NCBI GenBank assembly: GCA_014193115.1
Contig: BJHQ01000009.1
Span: forward strand, 56,643-120,642
Reading direction: 5' to 3'
DNA from: Planctomycetota bacterium
GTDB lineage: Bacteria > Planctomycetota > UBA11346
DNA: 64,000 nt
Both the position numbers and the translations under genes were made by a program. Positions within the stretch are counted from its first letter, which is position 1; each line of letters opens with the position of its first letter. The notes under the pieces were generated by a model that ran no database searches, was not told the DNA's origin, and saw only the letters and a program-made list of their open reading frames with translations. This document shows, piece after piece, positions 8,201 to 17,583 of this stretch.

Positions 8201-11200
8201 CAGGGGATCGGCCTTGGGTTGGGCCGGCAAGGTCGCTGGATCCGAGGGAACCGGTCCTGGTGCAGCCAAGGGGACCGGTGCGGTCGGAGCAACCCCTGGA
8301 TTTTGGGCCAGCTCGGCTGGGGCTTGAGCGCTGCGCGCCTGGACGGGCTGCTGCGCGCCTGGAGCCGGTTCAGTCGTGGCGATCGGTGGCGCTGCGTTTG
8401 GCGGCGTTGCCTGGGGCACTGTTGCCAGAGGCACTGTTGCCTGGGGCGCTGTTGCCTGAGGCACTGGGGCGGGCGCCGTCGCGGCGATCGGCGGTGTTCC
8501 AGCACCAGCCGAAGGATCCAAGGAATTGGCTGGAGCAGCTGGCATCTGCAGTTGGGCCAGCTCGGCAGCTGCCGCTGCTTGCTGGGTCGCCTCTGCGGCT
8601 TTGCGTTGGGCAACGGCGCGGACGGATGGCCCAACCGACAGCAGGTCCTCGCCCTGATTGGCGGCGCTCATCGCCTGCTCGCCGAGCCGGCGTGCGGTCT
8701 CCAACCGGTTGAACGCTGGATCGATGGCGGCGGCACGCAGACGCTCAGCCAGAGCCGCGGCGGCGGGGCGCTGTTCCGGCGCAGCATGGGCAGCGGCGAC
8801 GGCAGCGGCGCTGGCTGCTGCCAACAATTCGCCAGGGACGGCAGCGGCGTTGGCCGGGCGATCCGCCTGGGCGGTCAAGGATTCAGCAATCGGCGCCCAG
8901 GCCTGATCATTCGCCGCCAGCTGCCGGGCTGCGATGGCCAGCTCGCCGGCCGCTGCCCGTTCACGCTCGTCGCCACGACGGGTCGCCGTCAGCGCTGCGA
9001 CCTGGCCGAGGTCCCGGGCCGCAGCCAACTGCGGTGCGATCGGACCGCCAATGGCCGGCGGCTCCGCCGCTCCACCTGGTTGCAGCGTGGTCGCGTGCGG
9101 CGGTTTTCCGGAAGCGGCGGTGGCAGGACGATCTGCGGTGGCCGCTTCCCGACCAGCACCGCGCGGCGGCTCAGCGGCCGGCGATGGAACTCCTGGCGCC
9201 TGCTCTGCCGGTTGGTCCTCAGCCAGGCGCTTGGCCAGTCCGCGCAGGCGCTCCCCGATGGTGGCGGCTTCGGCGGCCGCCGGAGCGTCGCCGCTTGGAC
9301 GAACAGAGCTGAGCTGATCGGCGCTGACCGTCGCCGCTCTGGCCAGGTCGGCGTGGGCCCGTTCGGCAGCCGCTGTCGCGGTGCGTTCAGCAGCGGCCAG
9401 GGTGGCCAGGCGCTGCGCGGTGCGCTGGGCCGCGGCGGCATCGGCACCCGTGGTCGGCGCCATCAGGGCCTGGAGGCGCTCCATCACTTCTCGCCGCCGG
9501 CCGGTCTCGCTGGCGGCGGCCCGGGTCGCTCCGGCCAGGCTGCCCGGAGGACGAGCCGTGGAGGTTGGCACCGGCCTATCGAGCTGCTGACGCGCTCCGG
9601 CGGCGTCTCCGGCAGCAGCCAGCTTGGCGGCAGCGGCCAAGCGCGCAGCGTCCTCATCGCGCCCGGCGCTGGCGTTGGCGGCGGCGGCATGGGCAGCCGC
9701 GGCGGCGGCCGCGGGAAGGGCCTGGTGATCGCGGATCGCGGCATCCAGCCGGCGGCGTACGCCGTCCAATCCGGTCGCCGGGGCAATCGGACGCTCCCGA
9801 TTGGCTTCGGCCGCCAAGGCGTCGGCATCCGCTGACTGGCCTTGCGTTCCGGCCTCGGCCAGCTGACGGCGGACCCGACCAGCGGAAGACAGGTCCCCGG
9901 CCGCGGTGCGCGCCGAAGCCAGGCGCTCAGCGGCGGCGACCACGGCGCGGCGCCCGGCCAGGATGGCGTCGGCATCGCCGGTCTGCTTGGCCCGGTCCCA
10001 GGCCGCGAGGTCGCTGCGCAGGCGCTGGGCGGAGGCGGCCGCCGCCGCCCGCAGGCGGGAACGATCGGCGTCGCGCAGGTTGTTGATCGCCTGGCGCGCG
10101 GCAGAGGCGGCTTGTCGCAGCTGCTGGGCAGCGACGGCGCGCTCATTGGCCGGACCGCGCTCGAGGGCATCGGCGGCAGCGCTGACCGCGGCGAAGGACG
10201 GATCGGCGTCGCGCAGCCGGTCCTGGACGTCGAGTGCGGCCAGGGCCGTGGTCGAATCGGCGCCTGCCATGGCCTGGGCCTTGACCTCACTGGCCAGGTC
10301 CGACCGCGCCGCATCCAGATCGCTGTGGCCGATTGCCAGTGGTTCTTCGGCATCCTGGAGGCGCAGGACCTGCTCGGCCGTCTGCTGCAAGCGTTCGAGG
10401 GAGCGCTCGATGGCCGTCATCGCCACGCCCGCGTCGCTTCGTCCGGGCAGCTTCTGGCGCAGTCGGCTGACCAGGTGATCGCGGATCCGGCCGGCAGTGC
10501 GCGCCAGGCTGTCGCTGGTCGCGACCGCCTGCTCGACCGCCTCGCCGGTCCAGGTCATCGGCCGGTTGCCAGATGCAAGCAGGCGCTCGCGGATCGCCGC
10601 CATCCGTCCGGCCTCGGAGGCCAGATTGCCGACCTGACTGTCGCCCAGTTCCTCTGCCCAGCGCGGACCACGCTCCAGGATCCGGCCGCTGTCGGCCAGA
10701 GCCGAGCGCGCGTCGTTGGCGATCTCGGCCAAGCGTGCGGTCGGCAGGCTGACCATCGCCGGGATGAGCTGGGCGGCAGCCGCCCGGTGGCGCAGCGGCA
10801 GCGTGGACACCGAGCGCAGCTTGCCCTTGTCGCTGACCAAGGCGCAGTCCAGCTGCAACTGCGACCGGCCGAGATCCTGACGGTACTCCAGCTGAATCTC
10901 GTGCCATCCGGAAGCCAGATCGACCTTGCCCTCCCACGTGCCAGACCGCTCCCAGGATTCGGCCGGCAGGACATCTTTGCCGTCGATCTGCAATCGGACT
11001 CCGTCATCGGCCAGGGCGCGGAACATCCAGGCACCGGTCTGATCGAAACAGATCTGGCCTGCCCATCGCGCGCACCAGCGCTCGCCGGGCATTCCAGCCG
11101 GCGGCCCATCGACGCGCGGCGGGGCCTGGCCAAGGATCACCGCCGGACCGGCCGGATCGGCCCCGGTGACATAGCGGACGGACAGGCCGTTCGACCAGGC

Positions 11201-13264
11201 CTCGGTCTTCCACCCGGCGGCGCCGGCCAGCGGGACCGCTGCCCGCGCCAACCGCGCAGCGGCGGCGTCGGCCCGGCTGGATTCCACCACTGATTCGGCG
11301 GAAACCGCAGTGAGCGCCGCGGACGCGACCAGGCCTTCGAGGCCGGACAACGCCGCGTCGATCCGCGCCGCCGCCCGGCGCAGGGCGGCGGCATGGTCGC
11401 CATCGGCCGGCTGCAACGGTTCGAGGGGATCGCCGGCCGCAGCGACCCAGCCATCGATGGCCCCGGCCAGCCGGTCAGCCGCACCAGCGACCGCCGCGCC
11501 GAAGGCATCGGTGAGGTCGCTGGCATATCCGGCTGCGGCACTGGCCGCGGCCCGGGCGCCCATCGCCTGGCGGATGGCGAGCTTGGCCCGGCCGGCCTGG
11601 GCCCTGACCTCGGCCACACCGGCGGGATCGGCGCCGGCGGCCAGTTCGGCGATCCGGGTGTGCCAACGATCACGGATGCCGCTCAGCGCTGTGGACGACG
11701 AGCGCAGCACCTGCTGGACGACGCGCAAACGGATGGCGGCGCGCTCGACGGCGACCTGGTCGGCCTCGCCGATCTGGAGCTCGATGCTGCGCGTGGTCGT
11801 GGACTGGCCGCCCAGGTCGCTGCCGGCCAACTTGACCTGCAACCGGTCACCGGGATGCAAGGCGAGATCAGCGAGATCGAGCATCGCCGCCGAACGGATC
11901 GGCAGCCGGACCGGCGAAGATTCGAGCAGATCCCGGCCACCAGCCAGGCCGGAATCCCACTCCAGACGCAATTTTGCAAGGCCGACATCGTCCTCAGCCT
12001 CGACCTTGAAGCCGACCGCTTCGCGCGGCGAGACCGACAGCGATTCGGAGCTGGAGCGCAAATCCAGTCGCGGCGCCCGGTCGGGACGCACCGCGATCCG
12101 GCCGCCGCCGGGCGGCTCGACGCTGGCGCCATCGGCCGTGGCCAGACGCAGATGCCAACGCAGATCCCGATCCGGACGCAGTCCAGCGGTGGCCTTGGCC
12201 CCGGACACCTGCATCGCCGTGGCGTGTCCGTTGTCGTCGACCAGCCAGGCTGCGGCTACCGCTGGGCCGGTCAGGCGGACGCGGATTTCCACGGTTGATC
12301 CGGCCAGGATGTCGCCGTCGCCGCCGGTGATCTCGATGGTCGGCAGACCAGCGTAAGCGGGCGGGACCACCATCAGGCCGATCTCGGCAACCGCTGGCGG
12401 TTCGATCACCGTCACCGCCAATGGCAGCGAGACGGAATCGCCGGACAGCACCTGCACCACAGCGTCCTGGACCACTCCCGACAGCGCCGCGCGGTACCCG
12501 CCGGACCCGCTGCGCGTCATCGCCAAGGATTCCTCACGTCCATCCTGCCAGCGGACTGTCAACGAAGCGGCGCCGGGATCGGGCTCGGCAAAGGCGGTGA
12601 TCTCCAAGGTCGCGCCGCGTCCGAGCTTGACCGGCGCATCCGGCGCAACCACCAGCCGGACCCGAGCGGTGGCGGCCGCCACTGCCGGCGACCACGGAAC
12701 CAGGACCCGCGCAACATGGCCCGCACCTCCGGGCACGGCGACCGCCAGCGCGGCAGCGGCGCCGACCGCCAGCCCGGCGCGCAGCGCTGCGGAACGGGCC
12801 GGACCAGAAGGGACAGCCTGGCGCGGATCGATGGCTGCCGCCGCGGTGCCGGCGACAGCGACGCAGCGCGCCACCATCCACCGCGACACGCCGGGATCGC
12901 TGCGCAGAGCCAGCTGCACCGCCGCCGAACACACTTCGCCGCCGGCGACCCGATCGGCCAGCCGTGCGGCGTCGACCTCGCCGAACCGGCGCAGGCATGG
13001 CACCAAGCCGCGTCCCACCAGCACCGCCCCGGAAGCACCCCAGATCGCCAGAGCCATGACCTGGCGCGTGACCTCGTCGAGCCCGAACACCCCGTCCGCC
13101 ACGGCCCCGATCGCGACCGCCCCGACCAGGGTCGCCACCGCTTCGCCTCCGCCGCGGAGCAGCGCCAGGCGGCTGCGCCGGGAGGAAATCCTACGCAACA
13201 GGTCGGACAGCGCGTCGGGGATCGGCTCCCGGGCGGGAGGCGTCTGCATGGGCTGGGGCGTCAT
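5267..13264 (-). CDS. Giant membrane-anchored DUF4175-like protein with PA14 domain and low-complexity A/Q/S/P tail (2665 aa)
   Basis: N-terminal TM helices, Ig-like VVPPAY region, AEDDVGL motif, PA14 motif (WCARWAG...ADDGVRLQIDG...WHEIQLEY), C-terminal HRIAIRAYLERLA. Confidence 0.8.
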   Translation of the reverse strand: MTPQPMQTPPAREPIPDALSDLLRRISSRRSRLALLRGGGEAVATLVGAVAIGAVADGVFGLDEVTRQVMALAIWGASGAVLVGRGLVPCLRRFGEVDAARLADRVAGGEVCSAAVQLALRSDPGVSRWMVARCVAVAGTAAAAIDPRQAVPSGPARSAALRAGLAVGAAAALAVAVPGGAGHVARVLVPWSPAVAAATARVRLVVAPDAPVKLGRGATLEITAFAEPDPGAASLTVRWQDGREESLAMTRSGSGGYRAALSGVVQDAVVQVLSGDSVSLPLAVTVIEPPAVAEIGLMVVPPAYAGLPTIEITGGDGDILAGSTVEIRVRLTGPAVAAAWLVDDNGHATAMQVSGAKATAGLRPDRDLRWHLRLATADGASVEPPGGGRIAVRPDRAPRLDLRSSSESLSVSPREAVGFKVEAEDDVGLAKLRLEWDSGLAGGRDLLESSPVRLPIRSAAMLDLADLALHPGDRLQVKLAGSDLGGQSTTTRSIELQIGEADQVAVERAAIRLRVVQQVLRSSSTALSGIRDRWHTRIAELAAGADPAGVAEVRAQAGRAKLAIRQAMGARAAASAAAGYASDLTDAFGAAVAGAADRLAGAIDGWVAAAGDPLEPLQPADGDHAAALRRAAARIDAALSGLEGLVASAALTAVSAESVVESSRADAAAARLARAAVPLAGAAGWKTEAWSNGLSVRYVTGADPAGPAVILGQAPPRVDGPPAGMPGERWCARWAGQICFDQTGAWMFRALADDGVRLQIDGKDVLPAESWERSGTWEGKVDLASGWHEIQLEYRQDLGRSQLQLDCALVSDKGKLRSVSTLPLRHRAAAAQLIPAMVSLPTARLAEIANDARSALADSGRILERGPRWAEELGDSQVGNLASEAGRMAAIRERLLASGNRPMTWTGEAVEQAVATSDSLARTAGRIRDHLVSRLRQKLPGRSDAGVAMTAIERSLERLQQTAEQVLRLQDAEEPLAIGHSDLDAARSDLASEVKAQAMAGADSTTALAALDVQDRLRDADPSFAAVSAAADALERGPANERAVAAQQLRQAASAARQAINNLRDADRSRLRAAAAASAQRLRSDLAAWDRAKQTGDADAILAGRRAVVAAAERLASARTAAGDLSSAGRVRRQLAEAGTQGQSADADALAAEANRERPIAPATGLDGVRRRLDAAIRDHQALPAAAAAAAHAAAANASAGRDEDAARLAAAAKLAAAGDAAGARQQLDRPVPTSTARPPGSLAGATRAAASETGRRREVMERLQALMAPTTGADAAAAQRTAQRLATLAAAERTATAAAERAHADLARAATVSADQLSSVRPSGDAPAAAEAATIGERLRGLAKRLAEDQPAEQAPGVPSPAAEPPRGAGREAATADRPATAASGKPPHATTLQPGGAAEPPAIGGPIAPQLAAARDLGQVAALTATRRGDERERAAAGELAIAARQLAANDQAWAPIAESLTAQADRPANAAAVPGELLAAASAAAVAAAHAAPEQRPAAAALAERLRAAAIDPAFNRLETARRLGEQAMSAANQGEDLLSVGPSVRAVAQRKAAEATQQAAAAAELAQLQMPAAPANSLDPSAGAGTPPIAATAPAPVPQATAPQATVPLATVPQATPPNAAPPIATTEPAPGAQQPVQARSAQAPAELAQNPGVAPTAPVPLAAPGPVPSDPATLPAQPKADPLTKAAALQAAAEDQRQVAEAAIAAAQRRGAVPPKPAGTVPEDVSRTAALDSERSFHQALLSHQRAVLAQADADQARAEAVAATKPGERDAGPRIAALADLAERAADTRTVAAADERRLAGLAKQRGLAPPAVPPPLPIADGLAALEQTAAQPSIAQGAQAAARGAEQAEAAQLAAQLAEQVVAPVAAAWRAAADAGPPAPAQAAGERGRQLAAAAGELGAAAERAAAAAARRDQLRAQLAAAQAEAALVHAALTDRPVRSEPGPPAAQLAVAKALDAIEAKERAERAAEAAQQAAKSDLKPAGTDGPGTNALAARAAAQAAAIKQAEAAKQAAIQAAAAAAKAGDEAIAALRSDLAKPGLRSDEPGLAQLAALAEDLAAHDRGHQDEAAGILAEITHEQAGRRDELLAALRDDVAAPAPGGPGGPGTHGAPGEPPAGQRPEAIVAANDRPAEDQRSGRGSSDPALRRAQSTAPAAGQDPKTPGSQQREGSPSQRGPVGVPSATPPISSPGAAQAQQPSGQTPSQAAQLPRSAAASPGESASPRSAAPGQTASTPGQPGTPDRDAASGQHPPQTPAGPPTAQTQAASQAPGQSPASSQSATPGQSPASSQSATPGQSPAASQSSASQSSSQPSSPGQSNASTEAATSPGQPAQSAASAPQGPGAPANQAPAAPSTAQAQPASPASSQSPASSQSPASGQSPASSQSAAASNGQPASQSPAVGQGQSAASPSSSQPSGQGQPSQGQSSATSQSPASQGQPAQGAAGSPPGPGSPANQAPGSQRLPGDAGGAPPAAQPESALAIAAQQALGLLASEGDNPAAWEQAARLLDAAAITVDLADVLSGPGGTPAGRVAAGGTGGPAGAASTAPAGATNAAPAGEAQAADAAASGAASAGASASGGAASAGASASGGGAGGGNTRADRAGNLVGFDQAPPGADQAAWSRLSDRVRRGVRHGGSDAFTAEHRIAIRAYLERLAAEE
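6089..6164. repeat. Intragenic 18-bp tandem repeat x4 (QSPASS)
   Basis: gctctggctggatgccgg repeated four times. Confidence 0.9.
6354..6430. repeat. Intragenic 36-bp tandem repeat x2 (ASSQSATPGQSP)
   Basis: gggctctggcccggggtcgcgctttggctggatgcc repeated twice, with degenerate flanking copies. Confidence 0.9.
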
Positions 13265-13314
13265 GTCAGCTAGGGAACGGCCTGGGGCGGCGCCTGTGAC
13301 CGGCCTGCATACCA

Positions 13315-13450
13315 GGAACGCCGAGCTCGGCTGGAATCTCCGGCTCGGCCGGGCTAGAAGTGCCGAGCGCCAGCTCGGCTGGAAACTGATGTTCGTACGT
13401 CCAAACCAACCATGCCCAACGCAAGCCGAGCTGGCGCTCGGCGCTCCCAG
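13315..13450. repeat. REP-like palindromes: inverted doublet plus one partial copy
   Basis: GCCGAGC-gcca-GCTCGGCT at about 13362-13380, its reverse complement at about 13424-13442, and a collapsed copy at about 13320. Confidence 0.75.
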
Positions 13451-13452
13451 GA

Positions 13453-13629
13453 CTATTTCCTGCCCATCCGGCCCATTTCGCTTTTGAGCTGGCGGAGCTT
13501 GCCCACCAGATCGTCGTTGCTCCGCTTGAGATAGCGCAGCAGCTGGGCGGTTTCGACCGGATTCAAGGGATCAGCCTTGCCCAGCGCTGCATGGGCTTCT
13601 TCCGCGGTCATCGGGTTGGGCATGGTCAT
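13453..13629 (-). CDS. Small hypothetical coiled-coil protein (58 aa)
   Basis: GGAG SD before MTMPNPMTAEEAH; amphipathic helical sequence. Confidence 0.6.
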   Translation of the reverse strand: MTMPNPMTAEEAHAALGKADPLNPVETAQLLRYLKRSNDDLVGKLRQLKSEMGRMGRK

Positions 13630-13748
13630 GGCATGGTCTCCGGGATGTGATCCTAGGTCGCGGGGGAGGCCACCCAGCATGGAATGTATCGGGTCGTCGT
13701 CGCTGCGGGCGGCGACGGGCGCAGTTGCACGGATGCTCCCGAGTGTTA

Positions 13749-13762
13749 TGGAAGCGCTTCCA
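13749..13762. promoter_or_regulatory. LacI-family operator TGGAAGCGCTTCCA
   Basis: Perfect 14-bp palindrome with central CG, 4 bp before the LacI-family start codon. Confidence 0.85.
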
Positions 13763-13766
13763 CGCG

Positions 13767-14894
13767 ATGTCCGACGGTTCAACCATCTACGATGTGGCCC
13801 GGCGGGCGGGGGTGGGGATCGCCACCGTTTCGCGGGTGCTCAACGGTTCGGCCAAGGTGGCGGAGGCGACCCGGAGGAAGGTCGAGTCGGCCTGCCGCGA
13901 GGTCGGATTCCGGCCCAACCGGGCTGCTCGGCGGTTGGCGGCCGGCGGCGGCAACCGGCCGCGGGTGGCGGCGCTGATGCCGTTCTTCTCGGCGAACTTC
14001 TATTACGCGGTGGCCCGACCGCTGGCCCAGGGCCTGGCCGCCGCCGACATCGACCTGGTGCTGTGCAACGTCGCCAACCGCGAGGATAAGCAGCGGATTC
14101 TCGACCGGATCTGCGCCGAGCGCTCCGCCGAAGGCGTCGTGCTGGGCAGCATGGGCATCGGCGAAGAACGCCAGCGCCAGTTGAAAACCTTGGGCATCCC
14201 GGTGGTGGCGATCGAGATGGAGCTGCCCGGGCTGCCGTGCGTCCATGTCGACAACGCTGCCGGCGCCGCCTGGGCGGCCCGGTACCTGCTTGAGGGCGGA
14301 TCGACCCGCCTGGCGTTGATCACCGGACCGCCAGCGGCCCAGGCGTTCAGGCTGCGCGAAGACGGGTTCCTGACCGTCGCCGGAGCGGCTGCCCCACTGG
14401 TCCGGGCCGAATCGGTCACCCGCGAAGCTGGCACTGCCGCGATCGGCCAGCTCCTCGACGCCTGGCCGGGCATCGACGGGGTGTTCTGCGTCAACGATCT
14501 GCTCGCCATCGGCGTGATCGAGGAGCTGCGCCGCCGCGGCCGGCAGGTGCCCGAGGACGTGGCGGTGATGGGTTTCGACGATCTTCCCCTGATGGATGTG
14601 CTCGGCATCAGCACCATCCGCCAGCCGATGTCGGCCTTCGGCGACTGGGCGGCCCGGGCGATCGTCACCCGCATCGCCGACCGCGACGCGGTGGTGGCCA
14701 GCGAATCGCTCAGCCTGTCGCTGGTGGCCCGGGCCACGACCCGGCCGCTGGCTGGCCGACCGACCACTTCCGAAAAGCAACCGATCCACCAGCCAGGCCA
14801 GGTCGGAGTCGACTTGAAGCCGGCCGATGGCGCACCCCCTTCCCGCCCCAGGCCGAGCCCGTCTCGGCGTTCCCGGAAACCCGCCAATGCCTGA
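13767..14894 (+). CDS. LacI-family transcriptional regulator
   Basis: TIYDVARRAGVGIATVSRVLN HTH; VPEDVAVMGFDD; STIRQP. Confidence 0.95.
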   Translation: MSDGSTIYDVARRAGVGIATVSRVLNGSAKVAEATRRKVESACREVGFRPNRAARRLAAGGGNRPRVAALMPFFSANFYYAVARPLAQGLAAADIDLVLCNVANREDKQRILDRICAERSAEGVVLGSMGIGEERQRQLKTLGIPVVAIEMELPGLPCVHVDNAAGAAWAARYLLEGGSTRLALITGPPAAQAFRLREDGFLTVAGAAAPLVRAESVTREAGTAAIGQLLDAWPGIDGVFCVNDLLAIGVIEELRRRGRQVPEDVAVMGFDDLPLMDVLGISTIRQPMSAFGDWAARAIVTRIADRDAVVASESLSLSLVARATTRPLAGRPTTSEKQPIHQPGQVGVDLKPADGAPPSRPRPSPSRRSRKPANA

Positions 14895-15792
14895 CTTCGT
14901 CGATCCCATCCGCCTCGGCACCGTGGTCCACGGCAATGCCAAGCTGCCCGATTACCTCCGCCAGATCCTGCCCCACGGCTTCGAGACGGTGCAGATCACC
15001 TTCGGCCACATGAGCTTCGATCACAGTCTGGATCTCGAACGCCTGGCAAAAGACTGCAAAGAGGTCATGGCGCCTTATGGAGCCCGCTTCGCCGCGCTCA
15101 GCCTGTTCGGCAATCCCGTGTCCAACGAAGCCAAGGGCGTCGAGGTCCGCGAGGGTTGGAAGAAAGTCATCGAGCATGCCCACCATTTCGATTGCGATCT
15201 GGTCAGCGGCTTCTCCGGCGGCATCACCGGCGGCACGGTTCCCGATTCGGCCAAGGCGGTCGCAGAGGTGTTCAAACCCCTCGCCAGGCGCGCCGGCGAA
15301 CGTGGCCTGCGCCTCGCCTTCGAAAACTGCCCGATGGGCACCACCTGGCGCAAGGTCGGTGAAAACACTGCGTTTTCCCCGGCGGCGTGGGAGCTGCTGC
15401 TCGACGGCATCGGCGAGTCCAATGTCGGCATCGAATGGGAGCCCTGCCACCTGATGGGCATGCTGATCGATCCGGTGGCGGTGCTGCGCCAATGGGCGCC
15501 GCGGATTTTCCACATCCAAGGCAAAGACGCGACCATCGCCCACGACGTGATCCGGACCCACGGCATCCACGGCGGCAAGCCATGGTTCTGGCATCGCACG
15601 CCGGGTTTCGGTGATTCGAACTGGACCGACCTGATCACCATCCTGCGCCAGCATAACTGGAAGGGCGCCATCGATATCGAAGGCTGGCACGACCCGGTCT
15701 ATCGCGGCGAGTTGGAGATGACCGGCCAGGTTTTCGGCCTGAATTATCTGAAGCGCTGCCGCGGCGGCCCGTTCGTCGCCAATCCCGTCTGA
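14887..15792 (+). CDS. Sugar phosphate isomerase/epimerase (AP endonuclease 2 TIM barrel)
   Basis: [36 protein letters not shown] metal-binding motifs. Confidence 0.9.
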   Translation: MPDFVDPIRLGTVVHGNAKLPDYLRQILPHGFETVQITFGHMSFDHSLDLERLAKDCKEVMAPYGARFAALSLFGNPVSNEAKGVEVREGWKKVIEHAHHFDCDLVSGFSGGITGGTVPDSAKAVAEVFKPLARRAGERGLRLAFENCPMGTTWRKVGENTAFSPAAWELLLDGIGESNVGIEWEPCHLMGMLIDPVAVLRQWAPRIFHIQGKDATIAHDVIRTHGIHGGKPWFWHRTPGFGDSNWTDLITILRQHNWKGAIDIEGWHDPVYRGELEMTGQVFGLNYLKRCRGGPFVANPV

Positions 15793-15829
15793 ACCCGAGC
15801 CTCGCTCAAACCAACCCAAGGAGCATCCC

Positions 15830-16612
15830 ATGTCGATCCGCGTCACCGTCTGGGGCGAAAATGTGCACGAGCACAAGAACGCCACCGTCAAATCCATCTA
15901 TCCGACCGGCATGCACACCTGCATCGCCGACGCCCTCAACCACGATGCCGGGATCACCGCCCGCACCGCAACGTTGGATCAGCCCGAGCATGGCCTGACC
16001 GAGGCCGTCCTCGCTGAAACCGATGTGCTCACCTGGTGGGGACACGTGGCCCATGGCAAGGTCGAAGACGCCATCGTCGAGCGCGTGCAGACCCGGGTCC
16101 TCCAAGGGATGGGACTGATCGTCCTGCACAGCGGCCATTTCGCCAAGATTTTCAAGCGTTTGATGGGCACGAGCTGCGCCCTCAAATGGCGCGAGGTCGG
16201 CGAACGCGAGCGGTTATGGGTGTGCAATCCCGGCCATCCGATCGCCAAGGGCCTGCCCGAAAACATCGTCTTGAACAACGAGGAGATGTACGGCGAACCC
16301 TTCGGCATCCCCGACGGCGAAACCGTGTTCATCAGCTGGTTCGAGGGCGGCGAGGTCTTCCGCTCAGGCGTGACCTGGACCCGTGGCGCCGGCAAGGTGT
16401 TCTACTTCCGCCCCGGCCACGAGACCTATCCCACCTATCATAATGCCGAGATCCAGCAGGTGCTCCGCAACGCTGTGCACTGGGCGGCTCCGACCGGCGC
16501 GCTCTGGGCCAAGCCCCATGGCGCACCGAACATCAAGCACCCGCCAGAGGTCATCCGCACCCCGGATCCCAACGCCAAGGGCGATACGGCTGGCGGCCCT
16601 GGGCATAAGTAA
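15830..16612 (+). CDS. thuA: Trehalose utilisation protein ThuA family
   Basis: [41 protein letters not shown]; AAGGAG SD. Confidence 0.92.
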   Translation: MSIRVTVWGENVHEHKNATVKSIYPTGMHTCIADALNHDAGITARTATLDQPEHGLTEAVLAETDVLTWWGHVAHGKVEDAIVERVQTRVLQGMGLIVLHSGHFAKIFKRLMGTSCALKWREVGERERLWVCNPGHPIAKGLPENIVLNNEEMYGEPFGIPDGETVFISWFEGGEVFRSGVTWTRGAGKVFYFRPGHETYPTYHNAEIQQVLRNAVHWAAPTGALWAKPHGAPNIKHPPEVIRTPDPNAKGDTAGGPGHK

Positions 16613-16624
16613 TGGGGGCTTTTT

Positions 16625-16892
16625 CGTGGGGGCTTCGCCCCCACGGCCCGTTGGGCCTGCCCAGCTCCGCTGCGCTCCGCGCTCCGCAGGTCGCAGGCCT
16701 TTGGCCTGCTGCCGCCTGCGGCGGCGCCTGCTCCGCCCCCCGGCCTGGTCGGCGCTCGTTTTCCTTCGGAAAACATGGGCGCATCGCCTTCGGCGATTTT
16801 CTGCGCCCACCGCGCCTCGGGCGGCCGTTCCCCGTTCGCTTCGCTCCGGGGACCCCTTGCCTCGGCCCTGCGTGCCTTGGTCGCTCAGCACG
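16625..16892. other. Multi-hairpin intergenic element with triloops
   Basis: At least five perfect stems with 3-nt loops (16625-16645, 16693-16709, 16711-16725, 16758-16774, 16783-16797) plus enclosing helices. Confidence 0.75.
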
Positions 16893-17531
16893 GTGCGCCG
16901 CACTCCGTGCGGCCGTGGGCTCCAGCGACTTTCCAAGCAGCCAACTCGGAGCGCCGCACTCCGTGCGGCTCTTCTGCACATTCCGCAATTCGGCCGCACA
17001 GAGTGCGGCGCTCCGGGTGTCACGCTTCGTGTGGCCGTGGGCTCCAGCGACTTTCCAAGCAGCCAACTCGGAGCGCCGCACTCCGTGCGGCTCTTCGGTA
17101 CTTTCGGCCGCACGGAGTGCGGCGCTCCGGGTGCGGCCCTTCTGCTCATTCCGCAATTCGGCCGCACGGAGTGCGGCGCTCCGGGTGCGGCCCTTCTGCT
17201 CATTCCGCAATTCGGCCGCACAGAGTGCGGCGCTCCGGGTATCGCACTCCGTGCGGCCGTGGGCTCCAGCGACTTTCGCGAAGCCAACAACTCGGAGCGC
17301 CGCACTCCGTGCTGCCCTTCGGTACATTCGGCCGCACAGAGTGCGGCGCTCCGGGTGCGGCCCTTCGGTACTTTCGGCCGCACGGAGTGCGGCGCTCCGG
17401 GTGCGGCCCTTCTGCTCATTCCGCAATTCGGCCGCACAAAGTGCGGCGCTCCGGGTATCGCACTCCGTGCGGCCGTGGGCTCCAGCGACTTTCGCGAAGC
17501 CAACAACTCGGAGCGCCGCACTCCGTGCGGC
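16891..17531. repeat. BIME/REP-like mosaic array, about 15 copies of the GCCGCAC-nnn-GTGCGGC hairpin in both orientations
   Basis: Core unit cggagcgccgcactccgtgcggc and its reverse complement, joined by a few re-used linkers. Confidence 0.9.
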
Positions 17532-17583
17532 ACTTCAGACGATCATCGTCCTACCATCAACCACTTCCTCTTGAGGAGCACCC

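Noticed and set aside
5683-13487. Numerous long antisense and alternate-frame ORFs inside the 2665-aa gene (similar ones at 25729-27687, 34197-36059 and 41053-43029)
   Set aside because: Shadow ORFs expected from high-GC codon bias; Arg/Pro/Gly-rich with no recognisable motifs.
16891-17531. CRISPR array
   Set aside because: Repeats occur in both orientations, the intervening sequences are re-used rather than unique spacers, spacing is irregular, and no cas genes are in the window.
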